This document shows positions 58,291-64,000 of a stretch of DNA of 64,000 bases, one piece after another. The notes under the pieces were generated by a model, which saw only the letters and a list, made by a program, of their open reading frames with translations, was not told the DNA's origin and searched no databases. The DNA is from an uncultured virus (IMG/VR IMGVR_UViG_3300007346_007557) (lineage: Duplodnaviria > Heunggongvirae > Uroviricota > Caudoviricetes). The translations under genes were made by a program, and so were the position numbers. Location: IMG/VR virus record IMGVR_UViG_3300007346_007557. The stretch is one strand, 5' to 3'. Each line of letters begins with the position of its first letter. Positions within the stretch are counted from its first letter, which is position 1.

Positions 58291-59785
58291 CTAGCTCGTT
58301 TAATGGCGTTCTATCAGTGTGTACAGGTCTACCTTCCATATGAATATCTTGACTTTCTTCAACTGCTTCAGTTTTATCTGGTGCAGTTTCAGGCGGATTC
58401 CAATTTTCATGTCCATCCCAAGGTTCGTGCTGTGGCACACGCTGCGGAAATTTTGCTTTAATTGCAGCGGTTGCTGTTTCAGCTTCGGGTCCATTCATAT
58501 GAATAACAGCCGCAGTTTCGTAATGTCCGCTACTACTACTAATATGACTCTTGCCAGTACTTGTAATTTTTGTATCAACTGCTGTTGTTTCAAGAAAGTT
58601 GTTAGTTGTTATTTTTCCATCAACTCCTACTTTAACTTCCCAGTTTACTGCTGCTGTTTGATATATGTTAGATACAGCATTAAAGTTGATATTTCTGCCT
58701 GCTTCAAAATTAATATCTCTATCAGCAACAAAATTTAAATCATTTTCACTATGAATACTAATACTATCTTGAGCGTAAATATCAATCTTACCATTGCTTG
58801 ACATTTCAATCCATGCTGTGCCTCTACTATTATTGATGTATATTAAATCTTCACTAGTGTTCATCATTATTTGAGCACCTGTTCTTGTACGAAGTTTAAT
58901 CATTTCGTTTGCAGGTCTAGTTACATCGCCGCCTTTTTCACTAGCTTCTTTGTTCTTGTATTTGTAAGGTGTATCTGCTGGTGATCCTTCTCTAATTAAT
59001 TTGTCATCGCCATCATCAATTACAATACTACTACTTCCTAGTCTGTTAACATGTACGGTTGCTCTGCTTTCTTTTAAACCAATTTCACCTTGAGGTGATC
59101 CACCACGTTTGTCTATTGGACCAGGAGAACTAAAACCGTAAACTGCACTTGGAAATTCACGTTGAGCACTTGTTGTGGTAATACCACGTATATCATCTTC
59201 AACTAAACCTTGTTCAGTTAATGCAGAAACTAAATCTTCATTTACCGGTCTTTTGTATTTTACGACATTATTAGTTTGAGGCTTGGTAATTTTTTTGTTG
59301 TACTCACCTGCAGGAAGTCTTTTTCCTTTTAACTCACTAGGAACAGGACCACTTAATTGTTCTGTACTTGCTTGCCCGCTCGGCAGCATAAATGTCATGC
59401 CAACTTCAGGTACACAACCAAACCAATAACCAAATTCTCTGCTACCTTCAACAAATGTACACAAAACAAGTGTGCCTGGATCAGGTGGAACTGCCCACCA
59501 CCCGTAACTTTTTTGTGTATTTGAATAGCTGTCATTTTTTCCTAAGTGTTGGGCTCCAGTAACACCATAAAAAGGACTTGCATAATAAACAATTGCAGTT
59601 TGTCCTAATGTTTCGCCTTGGTTGCCTGCTTCAGTCATTTTAAGAAGTTCAACTTCTAACCCACCAAGATAATAAGGATCAGTGTGTTTTACAACTCTTC
59701 CAATATATGGACCACTACGAGATATTTCTGCACCAGAATCAGGTGTTCTAGTAAGTTCCGGAGTCATATTCTTTTTGTTATCCAT
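58286..59785 (-). CDS. Baseplate central spike, gp5/VgrG-like (no lysozyme domain seen)
   Basis: N-terminal OB-fold (GRVV..DP..G.LEV, PPDPGT.V.C.F..G..YW.G); beta-helix repeats; C-terminal RVPQHEPWDGHE. Confidence 0.8.
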   Translation of the reverse strand: MDNKKNMTPELTRTPDSGAEISRSGPYIGRVVKHTDPYYLGGLEVELLKMTEAGNQGETLGQTAIVYYASPFYGVTGAQHLGKNDSYSNTQKSYGWWAVPPDPGTLVLCTFVEGSREFGYWFGCVPEVGMTFMLPSGQASTEQLSGPVPSELKGKRLPAGEYNKKITKPQTNNVVKYKRPVNEDLVSALTEQGLVEDDIRGITTTSAQREFPSAVYGFSSPGPIDKRGGSPQGEIGLKESRATVHVNRLGSSSIVIDDGDDKLIREGSPADTPYKYKNKEASEKGGDVTRPANEMIKLRTRTGAQIMMNTSEDLIYINNSRGTAWIEMSSNGKIDIYAQDSISIHSENDLNFVADRDINFEAGRNINFNAVSNIYQTAAVNWEVKVGVDGKITTNNFLETTAVDTKITSTGKSHISSSSGHYETAAVIHMNGPEAETATAAIKAKFPQRVPQHEPWDGHENWNPPETAPDKTEAVEESQDIHMEGRPVHTDRTPLNELE

Positions 59786-59787
59786 AA

Positions 59788-62127
59788 TTAAATGTCCTTA
59801 TATGGCGACGGCATTTTTTGGCTTGTTTGTGCTTCAACAACTTTATTAGAATTCGCTGCACCATCAACACCCAAATCTTCTGGTTGATTTCTTCTTCTTA
59901 ATAATTTAAGACGTTGTGTGAATTGATTTTGTCGCACAATGTTTTCAATTTCTATAACTTTATATAGTCCACTAAATGCACCTACAGGTACCGTATCCTC
60001 AGGAAATATCATGTTACCAAGTTCATTGTCATAATCAATAGGTGTTCTAAAGTTTAATATAACATCGCATTCACTTCTTTGGTATTCTATTTGCCCAGAC
60101 GAAGTTTCATTTAAACTAGCTGCCGTATCAGTCCAATTTCCTAGTCCTGAATCAAACATATAGTAAGGATCACCGTGTATTTCTAAGTCAACTTCAACTA
60201 AATCTACACTACCTGATCCTAAAATTTGATCATGGAATTGTCTTGCCCAACGTATTGCACTATTATCAATGCCACTACCACCGTTGCCCATTGTACTTGT
60301 TGAATTAGTAAACATTTGTACGGTAGCACCTGACGCACTTATAGATCCTGCAGGGTTTGTATCCAGTGAAAGTGTTTGTACAGGTTGTTTTACTGCTCTG
60401 TTTTGTGTTCCGCCTTGTTTAAAATCATTTGAACCGTTATTTACATCACTTTGAACATATTGAAAGAAACTTGCGTTAAATCTAATATTAAAATTAAGTA
60501 TGTCAATGTTTTTTCCTGTGTAAATGTAATTGTATTCTTTCACAGCATTATTTTTTAGTTGAACATAACTAGGACCTGGATCATTAGGTTTTTGGAAATG
60601 GCTAGTATGCACCATATATTCAGTAACTTTGTAATGATAAACCTTTGCATCAGTACCATAAACCGTTTCTTGGTTTACATTTGGTTTCAAATATGTTTCT
60701 GCATCTATTCTAAACCAAGGAACCATACCATTAGCATCAGGAGACCGCTGCCTTAATTCTTTTGCCCAAGCAGTTGTAAGAATTACTTCTTCTATCATTC
60801 TAGTAATTTTTGTTCCTGCAGGCCAAGAAAACATTCTTTCATCGTTGCTGATAACGTTTTTTGCTCTGGTCATAACTTTATTTTTTGCATCATAAACTTG
60901 TCCAGTTTGTGCCATAGGTGCTTGACCTTGTTCTGTAAAGTCTTCTACAATTTTACTTGCTCCAATGCTATTTGCACTGCCTTCAGATTGAGCAATTCTC
61001 GCTAAATTTTGGCCAATATTACTTTTCGTTAATACTTGACCAGTAATCATACTTAAAAATGCCTCAAAATTTTGTGGTGCTTGAGCTCCTAGGAAGCCAC
61101 TTATGTTTTGAAAGAGTCCATTAATGTCTCCAGACTTGAATTGTGTTAGTAATCCTCCAAGTCCTTGTCCTAATCCACCAAGTAGACCGCCGCCGAAACC
61201 ACCTAATGCACCACCTAACGCACCTTGAAGTGCGTTTTGACCAATATTTTTGTTTCCGCTTAATGCACCACCTATAACTCCACCTATTGCTCCTGCTGCA
61301 ATTTGCCCAAAAATACCGCCTGACTTACTTTTCCGTCTTGTTGCACCTGTATTTGTATTTGATGAAGTTTGTGCTGCATTTGTTTTTGTATCAATGTCTG
61401 TAGGAAACGTAATTACAATTTCATCTGCTTCTAACAATTGATCTTGTTGTTTTAATTCTTGTAATCTACCATTTAAAATTGTTGTTAAACTTTGCTCTCC
61501 GTTTTGTAATAACTGAATTGAAGTTTTACCTTTGATTTGGATATCACTGCCAATACCTTGTACTTGATCGCTAAATGCTTGTTCATTCCAAGGCATTGCT
61601 TCTACAGAATAAGTACAACCACCTTGATCAACTTCAAATTCTATGTTTGTTATTTTAATTGGAAAATCTCTTCTAATGTTTTCGCCATTTTCTGTAACAA
61701 GAACATCACCGTCGTCATCATATCCAACAAATTCAACACTTAACATAAAAGGTGAAGCAATATAATTTCTATATCCGCTATTTGTTGCTGCAATTTGTAG
61801 TGTTTGCATGAATAAACCCATAGAATACGGTTCATAAATTGTAAATTCAAAGTAATTTGCGTTTGCAACACGAGATTTATTATTAGGCGCAACTAAACTT
61901 TTAATTGCTAAATTGTCTATAAAATATTCTAGCTTACCACCTATTAAATCTTCATAAATTGTGTTTACTTTGTTTGTTGCGCCGCCGCCACTACGTAAAA
62001 TAACATTAGCAGGAATATTATTTTTATATGTTTCATTAGGCATTGCCAACTCGTCTCTAGTTAAACAAGACAGAGTAAAAATAGTGTTGTAACTTGCAAA
62101 ATAATTTAAAATATTTTCTTTTACCAT
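59788..62127 (-). CDS. Baseplate hub protein (gp27/gpD-like) with a glycine-rich insert
   Basis: Position between the gp53-like and gp5-like genes; LEIHGDPY..FSGLYKV.EIEN..F.Q.L.L C-terminal hub pattern. Confidence 0.65.
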   Translation of the reverse strand: MVKENILNYFASYNTIFTLSCLTRDELAMPNETYKNNIPANVILRSGGGATNKVNTIYEDLIGGKLEYFIDNLAIKSLVAPNNKSRVANANYFEFTIYEPYSMGLFMQTLQIAATNSGYRNYIASPFMLSVEFVGYDDDGDVLVTENGENIRRDFPIKITNIEFEVDQGGCTYSVEAMPWNEQAFSDQVQGIGSDIQIKGKTSIQLLQNGEQSLTTILNGRLQELKQQDQLLEADEIVITFPTDIDTKTNAAQTSSNTNTGATRRKSKSGGIFGQIAAGAIGGVIGGALSGNKNIGQNALQGALGGALGGFGGGLLGGLGQGLGGLLTQFKSGDINGLFQNISGFLGAQAPQNFEAFLSMITGQVLTKSNIGQNLARIAQSEGSANSIGASKIVEDFTEQGQAPMAQTGQVYDAKNKVMTRAKNVISNDERMFSWPAGTKITRMIEEVILTTAWAKELRQRSPDANGMVPWFRIDAETYLKPNVNQETVYGTDAKVYHYKVTEYMVHTSHFQKPNDPGPSYVQLKNNAVKEYNYIYTGKNIDILNFNIRFNASFFQYVQSDVNNGSNDFKQGGTQNRAVKQPVQTLSLDTNPAGSISASGATVQMFTNSTSTMGNGGSGIDNSAIRWARQFHDQILGSGSVDLVEVDLEIHGDPYYMFDSGLGNWTDTAASLNETSSGQIEYQRSECDVILNFRTPIDYDNELGNMIFPEDTVPVGAFSGLYKVIEIENIVRQNQFTQRLKLLRRRNQPEDLGVDGAANSNKVVEAQTSQKMPSPYKDI

Positions 62128-62429
62128 TACAATCCTAGTTCTTGCGCCAAAGATGACGACTTAGGCAAATAAATTTCTACGCCAGGAATCATATCAAATA
62201 CCGGATCTTTTAAAATATCCATGTTTCTTTGTGCAAATACCCACCATAGTTTACTTGTCCCATATAAATCAAATGCTAACAGGTCTGGCCTATGGGTATA
62301 TTGCGCTTCTATTTTATACAGATAATCGTCGTCTTCTGCAGGAATAGGTCTGATTGTTAAAATATCTAGTTCACCTGACGTTGATATTGTAGTTTTTGAC
62401 CAAGGACTGGTTTTTGTATAACTTGCCAT
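62127..62429 (-). CDS. Baseplate protein, gp53/LysM-like
   Basis: YTHRPDLLAFDLYGTSKLWWVFAQRN..PG..IYLP. Confidence 0.8.
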   Translation of the reverse strand: MASYTKTSPWSKTTISTSGELDILTIRPIPAEDDDYLYKIEAQYTHRPDLLAFDLYGTSKLWWVFAQRNMDILKDPVFDMIPGVEIYLPKSSSLAQELGL

Positions 62430-63208
62430 TAGATGTATCCTTCATCAGATAATTGTCCAGCAACAAATTTATCAAAACTAAATTGTTCAACTTTTGATCT
62501 GCTGTATGTTGGTTTGAGAGTAAAGTTTAAGATACTACTTGTTGGTACATATTGAGTTTTACCTGCAAAATCTCCTGGTAAAGGTGCAACATTAGTTTCA
62601 ATATAATCTACATTATTTGGAAGTTCTATTGTAAAACTAGTGCAAACCACAGGTACATTGTTCAATACATAATCTCCATACCCATTCAATTTACATAATG
62701 GAGGCGGACTGCCTTTATTACTTGTTTCACCATATGCCATTTTAGTAATACTTCTACCAAAATGACAAACTGCAAGCCAATATGCTGCATCTTGAGGTGT
62801 TTGCACAGGAAATTCACCTGCAACATTTATGTCTTCTGTTCTGCTGTGTTGATACACAGGAAAAGGATAATTATTATGTATAGGAGCCATTTCACCATAC
62901 GCAGCCGATGTCACTAATGATATTTGAGGAACTAAAGGAAAAACAACTTGATAATCAGTTGCTGCTAATGGACGCAAAATTTCACTACTTCTAAAGGTGC
63001 TTAGGTAAGGAACACTAATTTTGACTCGCCAATCTGAACTTAATTTATCAGTATTAGCAAATCTTGCTGTAGAAGCATTTACAGAATCGTTTTCTGCACC
63101 TGCAGGACCTGTCCATCTTCTCGATCTACCGTAATCGTTGTAGTTACCTACACTTAGTTTTTGATTATTTTGATCAAATCTTTGTTGTTCTGGATTTCTA
63201 GTAACCAT
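62429..63208 (-). CDS. Tail tube initiator/baseplate protein, gp48/gp54-like
   Basis: PPPLCKL..YG..VL.NVPVV.TSF.IELP..P....LNFTL; first gene of the baseplate module. Confidence 0.6.
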   Translation of the reverse strand: MVTRNPEQQRFDQNNQKLSVGNYNDYGRSRRWTGPAGAENDSVNASTARFANTDKLSSDWRVKISVPYLSTFRSSEILRPLAATDYQVVFPLVPQISLVTSAAYGEMAPIHNNYPFPVYQHSRTEDINVAGEFPVQTPQDAAYWLAVCHFGRSITKMAYGETSNKGSPPPLCKLNGYGDYVLNNVPVVCTSFTIELPNNVDYIETNVAPLPGDFAGKTQYVPTSSILNFTLKPTYSRSKVEQFSFDKFVAGQLSDEGYI

Positions 63209-63226
63209 GATATCACTCCTATATAG

Positions 63227-63234
63227 TATTTAGT
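63227..63234 (-). promoter_or_regulatory. T4-type late promoter box heading the baseplate operon
   Basis: ACTAAATA upstream of the AGGAG RBS of 63208. Confidence 0.6.
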
Positions 63235-63262
63235 TGACAAAATTATCTACGTATATTATAAT
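63234..63262 (+). promoter_or_regulatory. Consensus sigma70 promoter for the gp55-like gene
   Basis: TTGACA-17 nt-TATAAT. Confidence 0.8.
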
Positions 63263-63283
63263 ATTAAAAAGGACTATTTTTTT

Positions 63284-64000
63284 ATGAGAAAAGTTAATTA
63301 TCTTAACAATAAAGACATGCTTGCTGAAATACACAAATCGAAAAGCACGTTTTGTAGTTTTGTAGCACCTGAATATGCTACATACGACATAATTTTACCA
63401 GAAGTAGATAAGATTAATATCAGAACTATAGCAGAAGCAAAGCGTAATAAAGCAAAAAAACAAAGTCAAGCAGCATACGAAGAAGCTAAATCAGCTGGTA
63501 GAAAAGTCAAAATGGCTGATTTTGAAGTAGACTACAGAACAATTGAAAAAAACGAATTAATTTTTAGAATTATGACATTTGAACACGTTCCAGACGAGCC
63601 AGGACGTAAAAAGAATCCGAAATCAGTTGCAGACACTAAAACAAAACTAAACTTTCCGCCTTTTCAGCATTATAAATTTGACGAAGACGATAATTTAATA
63701 TGTGTAGGTAAAAGCCACTGGCAAGGTGGTATGCAAAACGGACATTTTTCAAAAGATCACGGTAAAGCTACAGATAAACTAGCAAGAATGTGGATGAAAT
63801 TATGTGATCGTTATGCAACACGTGGTAATGTACGTGGATACACATATAATGACGAAATGAAAGGACAGGCAATCCTTCAGCTGGCACAAATAGGACTACA
63901 ATTTGATGAATCTAAATCCAATAATCCCTTTGCTTATTATACCGCTGCTGTTACTAATAGCTTTGTGCGTGTTATTAATATAGAAAAACGAAATCAAAAC
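63284..64000 (+). CDS. gp55: Late-transcription sigma factor, T4 gp55-like (truncated by the window end; absent from the ORF track)
   Basis: My translation: MRKVNYLNNKDMLAEIHKS..RGYTYNDEMKGQAI..QFDESKSNNPFAYYTAAVTNSFVRVINIEK; open for 239 codons; AAGGA RBS. Confidence 0.85.
   Translation, partial: MRKVNYLNNKDMLAEIHKSKSTFCSFVAPEYATYDIILPEVDKINIRTIAEAKRNKAKKQSQAAYEEAKSAGRKVKMADFEVDYRTIEKNELIFRIMTFEHVPDEPGRKKNPKSVADTKTKLNFPPFQHYKFDEDDNLICVGKSHWQGGMQNGHFSKDHGKATDKLARMWMKLCDRYATRGNVRGYTYNDEMKGQAILQLAQIGLQFDESKSNNPFAYYTAAVTNSFVRVINIEKRNQN

Noticed and set aside
1..64000. Stop-codon reassignment, introns/inteins, diversity-generating retroelement, tRNAs
   Set aside because: ORFs are long and tile the window under code 11. 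I recognised no reverse transcriptase, homing endonuclease, intein motif, template/variable repeat pair or cloverleaf by eye.

Overview
AT-rich, gene-dense segment of a large T4-related (contractile-tailed, probably jumbo) bacteriophage genome. The standard genetic code fits, and I saw no tRNA, rRNA, CRISPR array or integrase. The right half (~31-63 kb, minus strand) is a tail module: gp48/54-, gp53-, hub-, gp5-, gp25- and gp6-like baseplate genes, a 4637-aa giant virion protein and several paralogous fibre proteins. A divergent gp55-like late sigma factor starts at 63284; it is truncated and missing from the ORF track. The left half (~0.2-31 kb) is the striking part: a tightly coupled enzyme island with 14 radical SAM proteins (9 with an N-terminal Cys-rich Twitch/SPASM-like domain, 4 with a C-terminal one, 1 other). 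It also encodes two QueC-like PP-loop ATPases, an AsnB-like amidotransferase, two methyltransferase-like proteins, an SDR, a nitroreductase fused to a phycobiliprotein-like Cys motif, four glycosyltransferase-like proteins, an AMP-dependent ligase and a possible GNAT. The island abuts the tail-fibre genes. It is driven by near-consensus sigma70 promoters, several apparently leaderless, whereas most structural genes carry TAAATA late boxes. My best inference is an uncharacterised phage pathway that glycosylates and chemically hypermodifies virion surface components; the substrate is not shown by the sequence. All family calls come from motif recognition by eye, with no database searches.
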